Part shown: positions 23,866 to 35,610 of the stretch, piece by piece
Numbering within the stretch: position 1 is the stretch's first letter
How the letters are laid out: the number at the start of each line of letters is the position of its first letter
Assembly: GCF_963921235.1 (NCBI RefSeq)
Contig: NC_086107.1
Location: forward strand, 93,436,001 to 93,500,000
Direction: 5' to 3'
Origin: Mobula hypostoma
Lineage: Eukaryota
DNA: 64,000 nt
Program-made: the position numbers and the translations under genes
Notes under the pieces: model-generated
Database searches by the model: none
The model's input: the letters and a program-made list of their open reading frames with translations, nothing else
Told to the model about the DNA's origin: nothing

Positions 23866-24343
23866 ATTTGCGATGACACTACACTGATTGGCCTAATCTC
23901 AAATAATAATGAGGCAACCTAGAGAGAACAAGTCATCACCCTGACACAGTGGTGTCAAGAAAACAACCTCACTCAATGTTGCAAAAACAAAGGAGCTAGT
24001 TGTGGATTACAGGAGGAATGGAGACAGGCTAAGCCCTATAGACATTAATGGATCTGGGGTTGAGAGGGTGAACAGCTTTAAGTTCCTCGGCATAAACATC
24101 ACTGAGGATCTCACGTGGTCTGTACATACTGGCTGTGTGGTGAAAAAGACACAACAGCGCCTCTTTCACATCAGACGGCTGAAGAAGTTTGGTATGGCCC
24201 CCCAAATTCTGAGAACTTTCTACAGGGGCACAATTGAGAGCATCCTGACTGGCTGCATCACTGCCTGGTATGGGAACTGTACTTCCCTCAGTCGCAGGAC
24301 TCTGCAGAGAGTGGTGCGGACAGCCCAGCGCATCTGTAGATGT
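23866..24343 (+). pseudogene. Rex1/Babar RT C-terminal fragment
   Basis: DDTTLIGLISNNNE..WCQENNL..KTKELVVDYRR..VERVNSFKFLGINITEDLTWS..RLFHIRRLKKFG..FYRGTIESILTGCITAWYG. Confidence 0.88.
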
Positions 24344-24454
24344 GAGGGGAACATTGACTCAGACCATGAGAGGCCTGTGTCGGGCATTTTCATGCCTTAC
24401 AAGGCGCAGATTGGAAGTCTGTGTGGGGCGCCACTCCTCACACAGACACTAGAG

Positions 24455-25214
24455 TAGTGGTCCCCAACCACCAGGCCGTGGCCCTGTACCGGGCCGCAGA
24501 GCACCTGCTACTGGGCTGTGAGGAAACGATATGAGTCAGCTGCACCTTTCCTCATTCCCTGTCACGCACTGTTGAACTTGAACACGGGGTTGCCAGCTGT
24601 CCCGTATTTGCCGGGACATCCCGTATATTGGGCTAAATTGGTTTGTCCCGTATTTCCCCTGCTAAGGTAAGGTAGAGCGTTCCTATGAAACCTATCATGC
24701 CGAAATGGCATAAAGCGAAGAAGCAATTACCATTACTTTATACGGGAAAAATTTTTCAGCGTTCCCAGACCCAAAAAATAACCTACCAAATCATACCAAA
24801 TAACACATAAAACCGAAAATAAATAACACTAACATATAGTAAAAGCAGGAATGATATGATAAATACACAGCCTATATAAAGTAGAAATAATGTATGTACA
24901 GTACAGTCGGGAAGACGAAGGCAAAACAGATTTGGACGGGAGAAAAATCGGTACATACGTGCATGCGCACACAGGTGCCCGTGCAAGGCTTCATGGTCAT
25001 GGTAGTCTTTCCTGGGGTAAAGTGTCCCGGGATTTGACTGTTACTTTTGTCCCTTATTTGGGAGTGAGAAAGTTGGCAACCCTAACTGTAAAAGACATGT
25101 TGAGTTCAGTTTAACCCTACTTGAACACCCCCACCCCCCCCCCAGTTGGGCGGTCCACAAGAATATTGTCAATATTAAACCGGTCCGCAGTGCAAAGAAG
25201 GTTGGGGACCCCTG
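24455..25214. mobile_element. hAT-Charlie-type MITE with a perfect 8-bp TSD
   Basis: tagtggtccccaacc ... ggttggggacccctg; cactagag at 24447-24454 and 25215-25222. Confidence 0.9.
24585..25084. mobile_element. hAT Blackjack-like module inside the Charlie MITE
   Basis: gggttgcca ... tggcaacccta inverted termini with subterminal tgtcccg repeats; no TSD. Confidence 0.65.
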
Positions 25215-25829
25215 CACTAGAGCAATGTGTGGTTAAGTGCCTTGCTCAAGGACACAAACATGCTGCCACAGCTGAGGCTCGAACTAGCGACCTTCAGGTC
25301 ACTAGACAAACGCCTTAAGATCACTTTGTGTGTTAGCAGAAGTTCTCATGTCAGGGACCCACGCTACTGCCTGCCAGTTTAGTTCCCACAGTCAGTCCCA
25401 GCAAACTATGCCTTCTGCTACAACAAGGTTTGATGTAAACTCAAGGAACAACATGTCATCTTCAGTACCAAGAACATCAAACCTTGTTGTAGCAGAAGGC
25501 ATAGTTTGGTGGGACTGACGTAAGATCCATGAGTTTGGTAGAGGTTGATACATTAAGGGCATTTAAGAAACTTTTAGATAGGCACACGGATGTGAGAAAA
25601 ATGGATGACTAAGTAGGAGGAAAGGGTTAGATTGATCATAGAGTATGTTAAATGGTCAGCACAACATCTTGGGGGATGGTCTTGTGCTCTACTGTAGTGT
25701 TCTGTGTTCTACTTTCTGCTCATGTGGAGAAAAGCTACCAAAGACCCATCCCTTCTTTAAGGTCTTGCAGGTCAGATGTAGAGTAGATGTTTTCCCTGAG
25801 TAAGGAGTTTAGGACCTGGGACAGAGTTG

Positions 25830-26130
25830 TGGTATAAGAGATGGCCCACTCCAACCTGAGTTTGGCCTCATCATGGCCATGGACCGACAGGCCAGAATAG
25901 GAATGGGGATTGGAATTGAAATGGGTGAGCACTGGGAAATCCTGCCTTTTGTGGCACAGAAAGCAAAGGTGCTCAATAAAGCAGTTCCCCAATCTGCATC
26001 GGTTCTCGTCAATGCAGAGGAGATTAGACCTGCCCCGACAAACTTGCAGGCGAAGTTTCACCTCACCTGGAAGGACTATTTGGGGCCCTGAATGGTGGAG
26101 AGGGAGGAGACATAGAGCAGGTGTAATATT
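25830..26130 (-). mobile_element. Penelope GIY-YIG fragment
   Basis: Minus ORF LLCIDENRCRLGNCFIEHLC..DFPVLTHFNS.PHSYSGLSVHG.HDEAKLRLE. Confidence 0.8.
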
Positions 26131-26359
26131 TGTTCTGGTGAAGAACTGAGTAGGTCAGGCAGTATCTGTGAAGGCAAACGGTGCATGTCGTCATTCTGGG
26201 TGAGAATCAGCATCCAGATTGAAATGGAATAGAAAAGACTGATGGTATATGGAAGTCCAAAGTGGGGTGGGAAAAGAGATGATAGGTAATAGGTAGAACA
26301 GGATGAGGGGGGAATGAGGGACAAATCAAACCAGCAAGGTGAATGGGAGAAATAAATTC

Positions 26360-26975
26360 AAAGTTCAAGTTCATATTTCAAAGTAAATTTATTATCACCA
26401 CGTACCACCCTGAGACTCATTTTCTTGCAGATATTCACAGAACAGAAAAATACAATATAATCAGTGAAAAACTACACACAAAGACTGACAAGCAAGCAAT
26501 GTGCAAAAAAGATAAACTGTGCAAATATATATACATAAACAGAAACAAGTAATAAATAAATAAATAATACTGAGAACATGAGTTGTAGAGTTATTGAAAG
26601 TGAGCCATAGGTTGTGTCCAGTAATCAGTTCTGTGTTGAGGTGAGTGAAGTTATTTACGCTGTTTCAGGAGCCTGATGGTTGGGTAATAACTGTTCTTGA
26701 AGCTAGTGGTGAGGGACCCTGGACACCCTGCCCAATGGCAGCAGTGAGAAGAGAGCATGACCTGGATGGTGGGGAGTCCCGGATATATGGAGGCTGCTTT
26801 CTTGTCTTAGCGCTGTTTGTGGATGTGCTCAATGATAGGGAGGGCTTTTCCCATGAGAGACTGGGCTCTATCCGCCACTTTTTGCAGGCTTTTCCGTTTC
26901 CGGTGCTGCCATACCAGGCCACGATGCAACCAGTAACCAGTCAGGATACTCTCCACTGTGCATCTATAGAAAAGA
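26360..26975 (-). mobile_element. Rex1/Babar LINE 3' end
   Basis: FYRCTVESILTG..AWYGS..KSLQKV in the minus frames; (ttgaac)n-like tail. Confidence 0.75.
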
Positions 26976-27551
26976 TGGGATAGGGAGGAGAGATGTTGGA
27001 GCACTGATGATGTGTGTGTGGGAGGACATCTCTGAAGGTGGGGAGTTACCTGAAATACAAAACTTTAATGGTCATACTAATGGGTAACTAGCTACCCAAG
27101 CACAATGTGAGATATTCTTCCAATTTACATTTGGCCTCACCACAGTGGTGAAGAAGGCTGGGGATAGACGAGGCAGTCTGGGAGAATGAATAAGATAATG
27201 TGGCATACAACTGGAAGTTTGAGAAGGCCGTTATGGACTGAGCATTAGAAATCCACAAAATGGTTGCTGTGTCTACTCTTGGATTGGACAGGTGAAGTTA
27301 GAATTATTGTCGCTGATTTACAATGATGTGAAATTTGTTTTGTGCAGACATAAAATTATGATAAGTTCTATAAATAAATAAATAGTACAAAAAATGACTA
27401 ATGAGATAGTGTTCATGGATTCATAGACCATTCAGAAAACTAATGGCAGAGGGAGAAGCTATTTCTAAATTGTTAAGTATATGTCTTGAGGCCTCTGTAC
27501 CTCCTCCCTGATGGTGGTGATGAAAAGAGGACAGGTCCTGAATGGTAATCT

Positions 27552-27742
27552 GGGCCAGTGGTGCAGTGGCATTCACACCAGACTTTGGAGCGAAAGGTCC
27601 TGGGTTCGAATCCAGTCAGCTCCTTGCACAAGTTCATTTGTGCTGGGTTGAGCATTGAGCTAGCAACTTGGCCTCGTAAAACAGACAAACGCTAAAGAAA
27701 CAGCAAGGTTGCCACCCAATACGCCAAGTTGGCATGAGGGGG
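27552..27742 (+). mobile_element. tRNA-derived SINE inserted in a Rex1 fragment
   Basis: A box tggtgcagtgg and B box ggttcgaatcc, with a tRNA-unrelated downstream body. Confidence 0.7.
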
Positions 27743-27990
27743 AGCTTTTCCTGGATTACGAGTGGCCTTAATGAAGGATGACATCTTCTTGAGGTACCAA
27801 TCTTGAGGATGCCCCCGGCAGTGGAGAGGTTTGTATCTGTGATGGAGCTGGCTGAATTTACAACCTTCTGCATCACCTTGTGATCCTGCGCATTGGAGCT
27901 TCCGTACCAAAAGATGTGATGCAATCAGTCAGCTTGCATGAATAAGAGTGGTTTAGAGGAATTTGGGCCAAGCACGGCAAATGGAACTAG

Positions 27991-28222
27991 TGTGGCGGCC
28001 CGCACACGCGGGACTCGAACCGCCATCGGGAGCCGCGGGTTGGAACTACCTGCTTGGGGCGGATCTTCCAGGGACAGTCTGACATCACGTCCGCCCCACG
28101 GGTCGCAGGGGCCCATGGGAGGGGAGATTTAAGCATGCGATTTTGAATCAGTAAAGGTACTCTGAATTCAGCTCTCTCTGCCTCCGTGTGTTTTTTTAGT
28201 AGCGTGTTTGCGCACGACTACA
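27991..28222 (+). mobile_element. Solo LTR (232 bp, Gypsy-like) inside a CR1 3' UTR
   Basis: TGTGGCG...CGACTACA termini with a perfect CTAG TSD (27987-27990, 28223-28226). CpG-rich, with a GC box and an agtaaa polyA-like signal. Confidence 0.85.
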
Positions 28223-29117
28223 CTAGCTTGATGGCTGTCGAGAACAAGCTGATCCAAAGGCCTGTTTCTATGTTGTATTACTCTACGACCGTTTATGTAC
28301 TGTGAAATGTCAAATGCAAAAAGGACACAGGCTTTTCCTAGTACACTGCTCTGTCATTAAGGGCTTAACTCTACCTAACTTTCAGAGTTTTTAATAAAAT
28401 GATTTATTACCATACTGAGCCTTGGCTTGCCTGCTTATCTGGTAGCTCTCTGACTGGCTGGAGTTTTGATTACTGACAGCCCTTGAAATATTTGCTCACT
28501 TCAATGCAATATTCTTGAGAGAGATTAGCCGACTAATGAATCTTGTCTGATTAGCTTTGTGCAATCGATGTGGCAGGATTCAAAATGTGAGGTGTTCGAG
28601 ACTTCAGAACAAAATCCAGAGTGACGTGGCAATTACTGTATTGAGGAAGCTGTACACATCAGAGGAGTCATTAAATTTCTCTTTTCTGTGGTCCAATGCA
28701 CCCACAGCACAATTAAAAACACATGGAATTTTCTTCAATGCCCCGGTCGATATTTATCTCAGCCATCAACCCGAATACATTTTAAAGACAGAATCATAGA
28801 TGCTGAGTTCCTCTGGCATTCTGTGTGTGTTGCTCAAGATTGCAAGCATCTGCAAAATCTCTTGTGTTTTTCACAGAAGCCATTGATGCCATCAAGTCTA
28901 TGATAGCATTCTATAAATGGATCCTGTCAGTCCATCCCCACATTCTATTCCTATTCTTCCTCAGGGTCACATTCTAAATCGCATATGCACTGGAACACAC
29001 AGCACTGGAAATATGTCGTTTTCGTTAATAACCAACAAGCCCAAGGAGGTGCTGGGGGCAGCCTGCGAGAGTCGCCTCACATTTCGATGGCAGCATGTGA
29101 TAATCTGTTAGATTGTA

Positions 29118-29770
29118 CGCTCAGTGGTCACTTTATAAGGTATCTCCTGTATCTAATAAAGTGGCCACTGAATATATGTTTGTGGCCTTCTGTTGCTGTA
29201 GCCCGTCCACTTCAAAGTTCAACGTGTTGTGCGTTCAGAGGTTCCATTCCGCACACCACTGTTGTAACGCGCGGTTATCTGTAACTGTTGCCTTCCTGAA
29301 AGCTTGAACCAGTCTGGACATTCTCCTCTGACCTTTCTCATTAAGAAGTCATTTTCATCCACTGAACTGCCATTCACTGGATTTTTTTTTGTTTGTTTTT
29401 TGCACCATTCTCCCTGTAATCTCGAGAGCTGGGGTTTCCAACCTGGGGTACATGGACTCCTTGCTTAAAGGTATTGGCCCATAACATAAAAAAGGTTGGT
29501 GACTCCTGCTCTAGAGACTGTTGTGCATGAAAATCCTAGGAGATCAGCAATTTCTGAGATACTCAAACCACTCCATCTGGCACCAACAATCATTCCAAGG
29601 TCAAAGTCACTTGGATCACATTTCTTCCCCATTCTGGTCTTTGATCTGACAATAACTGAACCACTTGACCGTGTCTGCATGCTTCTATGCATTGAGTTGT
29701 TGCCACACAATTGACTGATTTGATATTTTGATAAACAAGAAGGTGCACCTAATAAAATGGCCACTAAGTG
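29118..29770 (-). mobile_element. Complete non-autonomous Tc1-like element with TA TSD
   Basis: TA at 29116-29117 and 29771-29772; MGKKCDPSDFDLGMIVGARWSGLSISEIADLLGFSCTTVSR. Confidence 0.9.
29429..29508. mobile_element. 80-bp hAT-Charlie MITE nested in the Tc1 element
   Basis: TSD ctcgagag/ctctagag; TIR ctggggtttccaacc / ggttggtgactcctg. Confidence 0.85.
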
Positions 29771-30889
29771 TAGATTATAATCTAATCACCATTAGGTTAA
29801 CTTGTTACTGTCACACTGCTGAATTGGCTGCCTCACTGACAATTTTTTATAAGTGTTTCATTGGCTGTTAGGTATTTAGGGAGTTTAGGGGATAGATGTT
29901 GCAAAATTGCAGTCAGGTAATTAATACAGAATAATTATTTTTGTTCTGCTTTTTCTTTTTGTCTTTCTTCTTTATCTCCTTATTACATACAGTAGCACAG
30001 TAGCACTATTGTCTTACGGCACTAGCAGTCTGCAATTGTCTTATGGCACTAGCAGTCAGTAGTCGGGGGTTTGATTCCCACCACTGTCTGTAAGGCATTC
30101 GTATGCTCGCTCCATGACCACATGGGTTTCCTCCGGGTGCTCCGGTTTCCTACCAGAGGTTCAGACAGATTTATTGACACAATAAGAACACAGAGAGTAG
30201 AGAACAGAACTCAGCAAAGCAGCAGTGGTGTGTAATGCCAACACACTTTTGGTCCCTCTTCCCTCCGGGAGAAGGCTCAGGAGCTTGAGGACTCGTGTGG
30301 TCAGATTTGGGAACAGCTTCTTTCCAACTATGATAAGACTGCTGAGCGGATCCTGACCCGGATCTGGGCCGTACCCTCCAAATATCCGGACCTGCCTCTC
30401 AGTTTTTTTGCACTACCTTACTTTCCATTTTTCTATTTTCTATTTATGATTTATAATTTAAATTTTTAATATTTTAATATTTAGTATCGATTTGTAATCC
30501 AGGGAGTGGGAAGCGCAGAATCAGATATCGCTGTGATGATTGTACGTTCTAGTATCAATTGTTTGGCAACAATAAAGTATAAAGTATAAAGTATAATGAA
30601 TAATCTTTAATCCCATGAAATTCGAAGGTTTATAGCATGTCTATGCTTTGAGAACAGGGCTTCCCAACCTTTTTTATGCAATGGAACAATACCATTAAGC
30701 AAGGGATCCGTGGACCCCAGAATCTCAGAAGACGCAAGAGAGATCGCAGATGCTGGAAACCTGGAACAACATGCAAAAAGGTGGAGGAACTCAGCAGGTC
30801 AGGCAGCATCTGTGGAGGGAAATAGACAGTCAACGTTTCAGGTCAAGGACCTCCATCAAGATCAATTTTATTTACCATGTACATTTACA

Positions 30890-31270
30890 CGTAAGATTAT
30901 TAAGGGATTGGACATGCTAGAGGCAGGAAACATGTTCCCGATGTTGGGGGAGTCCAGAACCAGAGGCCACAGTTTAAGAATAAGGGGTAGACAATTTAGA
31001 ACGGAATTGAGGAAAAACTTTTTCCACACAGAGGGTTGTGGTTCTGTGGAATGCTCTGCCTCAGAAGGCAGTGGAGGCCAATTCTCTGGATTATTTCAAG
31101 AAAGAGTTAGATAGAGCTCTTAAAGATGGCGGAGTGAAGGGATACGGGGAGAAGGCAGGAAAAGCGTACTGATTGTGGATGATCAGCCATGATCACAGTG
31201 AATGGTGGTGCTGTCTCGAAGGGCTGAATGGCCTACTCCTGCACCTATTGTCTGTTGTCTATTGTCTATT
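30890..31270 (+). mobile_element. CR1 LINE 3' end
   Basis: KIIKGLDMLEAGNMFPMLGESRTRGHSLRIRGRQFRTELRKNFF; (tattgtc)n tail. Confidence 0.85.
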
Positions 31271-32049
31271 GACATGCAACAAAAAATAACAACATTTAAC
31301 AATTATAAAGAATAAAGAATTATATAAAGTTTGAGGTTAAAGTGTGAATATGAAATAAAATGTGAATAAATACATCAATGCCACTATGTATTCACAATTT
31401 CAACAGTGTTATAAAGTGATTTAGTGTTTACAGTTCAGTGATGGGGGTAATAGATAGAGGGGGCTGGGGGGACGACTGACAAGAATGGCTGATCAGATTA
31501 TCTGCCTGCTGGAAGAAACTTTTAAGATGGCATAAGGTTTTTGCTTTGATAGCCCTATCGCACTTTTCAGAAAGGCGCTTTTGGAGAAAGCAGTATGCAG
31601 GATGGTTAGTGTTCACAATGACTTTCTTTCCTGCCCACTTCTCTGACCTGGAAACAATCAATTCCTGCAGGAACAGGTGTAGGTTTTGACCCAAAACGTT
31701 GGTTGTCATTTCCCTGAATAGATACTACCTGACCCGCTGAGTTATTCCAGCTTTTTGTTTGTTTCTCTGTGGTTATAGGAAAGCTGTTAGACTGAGAGTG
31801 TAATATTACTGAATGCCTTGTCTTCAGTTCATTGAAGTTGGCAACAGAGGTGAATGACTTGATTTCAGTGTGCGTGAAATGCCTGCTCGGAAGCTGAAAC
31901 AATTATATAATTGGCATTAAAGATTTTATGATCCTAACTGCAAAGAAATCAGGGAGAAAACAAGAAGGTCAAGCCTATCTGGCAATTACAACACATCCAA
32001 GATAAAAATGATTCATCTGCAAAATCAAGAAGGCACGTCAGATTTAGAG

Positions 32050-32415
32050 AAGAAAGCACTTTGTATTCTCAAGCGTAGTTCATAACTTCAGGGTATTCCC
32101 AGGCAGTTTACAGGCTATGAAGCAACTTCAACATATTGTCAAGTGTCTTAACGTAGGAGAGAGGGTAGCCACACTGTACACAGCAAGATCCCCCTAACCG
32201 CGATGTCGACTGCACCACTTCCTAGAGATGCTGCCTGGCCTGCTGCGCTCACCAGCAACTTTTATGTGTGTTGCTTGAATTTCCAGCATCTGCAGAATTC
32301 CTGTTGTATGAGTATTATGATCTGTTTTTGGTGAGGCTGGTTGTAGGACAAGTAATCACCATTGTCACTGGCATAACTCACCCACTCCTCTTCAATATTG
32401 TGCCAGTAGATCATC
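32050..32415 (-). mobile_element. Ancient Deu-domain SINE relic, interrupted by a pLTR fragment (about 32203-32308)
   Basis: tttacaggctatgaagcaactt ... cacagcaagatccc ... atctgtttttggtgaggctggttg resembles my recollection of the reverse-strand DeuSINE (AmnSINE1/SacSINE1) consensus. Confidence 0.5.
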
Positions 32416-34879
32416 CATATATTCAAAGTTCAATGTAAATTCATTATCAAAGTACGTATATGTCACCATACACTACCTCAAGATTCACTTACTTGCAGGC
32501 ATTCACAGTTCAACAAAGAAATACAATAGAAACAATGAAAAACTACAGACAAACAAAGACTGACAAACAACCAACGTGAAAAAGAAGACAAACTGTGCAA
32601 ATACCAAAAAATACTAATAATAAATAGATTAATAAATAAATAATACTGAGACCATGTGTTGTAAGTCCTTGAAAGAGGGTCTATAGGTTGTGTTCAGTGA
32701 TAAGGGGAGTGAAGTTATCCACGCCGGTTGAGAATTCTGAACCTTGTCAAATGGGATCTAAAGCTCCTGTACTTTCTTCCTGGTGGCAGCAGTGAGAATG
32801 GTGCATGTCCTAAATGGTGGAGATCTTTAATGATAGATGCTGCTTTCATGTGACTGTGCTTCTTGCAGAGGTGCTCAATGGTGTGGAAGGTTTTCCTGTG
32901 GTGGACCGGCCTGTATCCGTCACTTTTGTAGGCTTTTCCTTTCTTGCTGCTGCCATACCAGGACATGATGCAACCATGCAGGATACTCTCCTCCGTGCAT
33001 TTATCAGGGAAGGCGGCATGACATGGAGTTAGAGCACCGTTTGTGTATGCGGGTGCGAGGGAGGAACAGGGCCTGTTTAGCTGTTGTTGTTTTGTTGATT
33101 TTTATATTCTGTTTTGTTGTGTTCTGTGTTGTTTCGTGAACGTTGTGGGCATGCTATGTTGGCGCAGGAATGTGTGTGGCGACACTTGTGGGCTGCCCCC
33201 AGCACACCCTCAGGTGTGTTGGCTGTTAACATAAATGACGCATTTCGCTGTATGTTGCGATGTACACGTGATAAATGAAGTTGGATCATGAATCTTTGAG
33301 GTGACAGCCTCATCTAAACAAAGAGGAGAGCGCAGACTGGCAGAAGACCAGGACATGACTGATTTAGACTAAGTAAATGCAGGAAGCTGTTCCAATCAGC
33401 AGATGGGATAAGAACCTGGGGCTCAACATGTTGGGCAAAAGACAGGAGAAGGATCTTTCAGAAATCCTTTCTACATAGAGGGTAGTTATGATGAACATAA
33501 AGATAAAGATATGCTTTATTTGTCACATGTACATCGAAATATTGAAACATACAGTGAAATGTTGTGTTTGCATCAACAACCAACACAGTCTGAGGATGTG
33601 GGCAGTCTGCATGTATCCCTACACTTCCAGCTCACAATTTACTAACCCTAACCTGTACAACTTCAGAATGTGGGGGGAAACAGGAACACCCAGAGGAAAT
33701 CCATGTGATCTTGGGGAGAATGTCTAAACTCCTTACAGATAGCGGCGGGAATTGAATCTCGATCGGCGATCACTGGCGCTGTAAAGACATATTCTAATAG
33801 CCAGGCTAACGTGTTACCCTAGATCTGGACCACTACCTAAATATGTAAATACACCTGTCCGAACTCACTTTTGTGAACTTCAGTTCTGAATGCTATTCAC
33901 TTACTTTTATGGTTTGCATATTTTTTGGGGGTTTTTTTTTCCGGCACATTTGGGTGTTTGACAGTCTTTTTTAGTGGGTTCTGTTGGGTTTCTTTGCTTT
34001 GTAACTGCCTGTAAAAAATACGAATCTCTAGGTTGAATAAAGTAAACATTTTTTGATAATAAATGTGCTGTGAACTTTGAACTTTGAACCTTTTAACTAA
34101 CCCCCAAGGTCAATCTACCCCTTTTCTCTCACATAGCCCTCCATTTTTCTTTCATCCATATGCTTATCTAAGAGTCTCTTAAATTTCCCTAATGTATCTG
34201 CCTCTACCACCACCCCCCCACACACTCACCACTCTTTGCATACAAACCCTGCCTCTGACATCTCCCCATAAACTCTCCTCCAAACACCTTGAAACTGTGC
34301 CTCGTCGTATTAGACATCTCCGCCCTGGGAATAAAGTCTGTGGCTGCTCGCTCTGTATCTATGCATCTTATCATCTTGTACACCTCAATTAAGTCACAGC
34401 TCATTTCCTTCGCTCATCTCTTTATACAGAGAGATTATAATAATCTTAATTAGTATCTGACAATACAAATAAAGCAGGAAATATCGGAAGTACTCAGGTC
34501 AGGCAGCATCAATAGAAAGAGTTAACATTTCGGATCAGAGATCAGAAAGAATCAATCAAGGACTTTGAAGGAATTGGAAGATATGCGATTCAAGATTCAA
34601 GATCGCTTGATGCCATTTCCTGTGCACAAGTGTAAAGGAGAACAAAATAATTTTTGAATTGAAGGGCACCTGAAGAATGTCACTTGCAGGGGAAGTGGGG
34701 GGAAGTGTGACTGGCAAGGTTGCTTAACCAACATCGCAGAACAGACATGATGGGCCAAATGCTCCGTTGCTGCTCCCATAGCTTATGTCATTAATGCTAC
34801 TCTTATATCGGTATCATTTTTTAAAATCTTTATCACAATTCTTTTGCATTTTGGTTGTTCATCAGTCTTTGTATAAGTG

Positions 34880-35610
34880 GGGCACCACAGTAGTGTAGCA
34901 GTTAGCATGACCCTATTACAACTTGGGGCGCCAGGGTTTGGACTTCAATCCTGGCACCGTCTGTAATGAGTTTGCACGTTCTCCCCGTGACCGCGTGGGT
35001 TTCCTCCGGGTTCTCCAGGTTCCTCCCACAGTCCAAAGACGTGCAATATAGTAGGTTAATTGGTCATTGTAAACTGTCCTGTGATTGGGCTATAGGGTTA
35101 AGTTGGTGGATCACAGGGCATCACAGCTCTTAGGGCCAGCAGAGCCCGCTCCATGCTGTCGTCGTGGTGATGGTGGCTATCCCTCAAGGTTGAGAATGAT
35201 GGTCTTCGTTCTGAAGAAGTGGCCCACAGAGTGAAGACGCCTGTGAGTGTATTTGTTTAATGTGTACTTGATGTTGCACTCCAAGAAGCACACGATACTT
35301 CACAAATCAACCAACTGATTCCAATGACATGGAAACCACAACGATTGGAGCTGATGGATTTGTTGCAGCTTTCATCCGCCTTCACAGCCATTGAATTTGA
35401 AGTAACTTCGTCCGTCTGTTCCACCGTTGAGGTCTTGGTTGGATTGTTCTTTGTCAGGGACCTCACCCTCAACCTTACCACCATGGGTGACCCTACCAGG
35501 AGCATCGCTCCAGACGGCATTGCTCTCGGGATCACAGGACCACACAAGCTTTTCCACCACGACAAGGTGACAATCCACGGAGAAGTCCATGCTGTATTTC
35601 TAAATAAGAA
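34880..35610 (+). mobile_element. V-domain SINE, tail interrupted by an RTE-derived insert
   Basis: gtttgcacgttctccccgtgaccgcgtgggtttcctccggg..tcctcccacagtccaaagacgtgc is a well-preserved V domain. Confidence 0.8.
35160..35585 (-). mobile_element. Bipartite non-autonomous RTE-derived element with a 10-bp TSD
   Basis: tccatgctgt at 35150-35159 and 35586-35595. Minus-strand head caccttgtcgtggtgg...ggtagggtcaccca resembles an RTE 5' UTR; tail gagggatagccaccatcacc. Confidence 0.7.

Larger units (their letters stand above)
24345..25330 (-). mobile_element. tRNA-derived SINE split by a hAT MITE
   Basis: Minus-strand head with gttcgagcc B-box (about 25275-25285); related to the SINE at 40371-40684. 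Confidence 0.65.
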
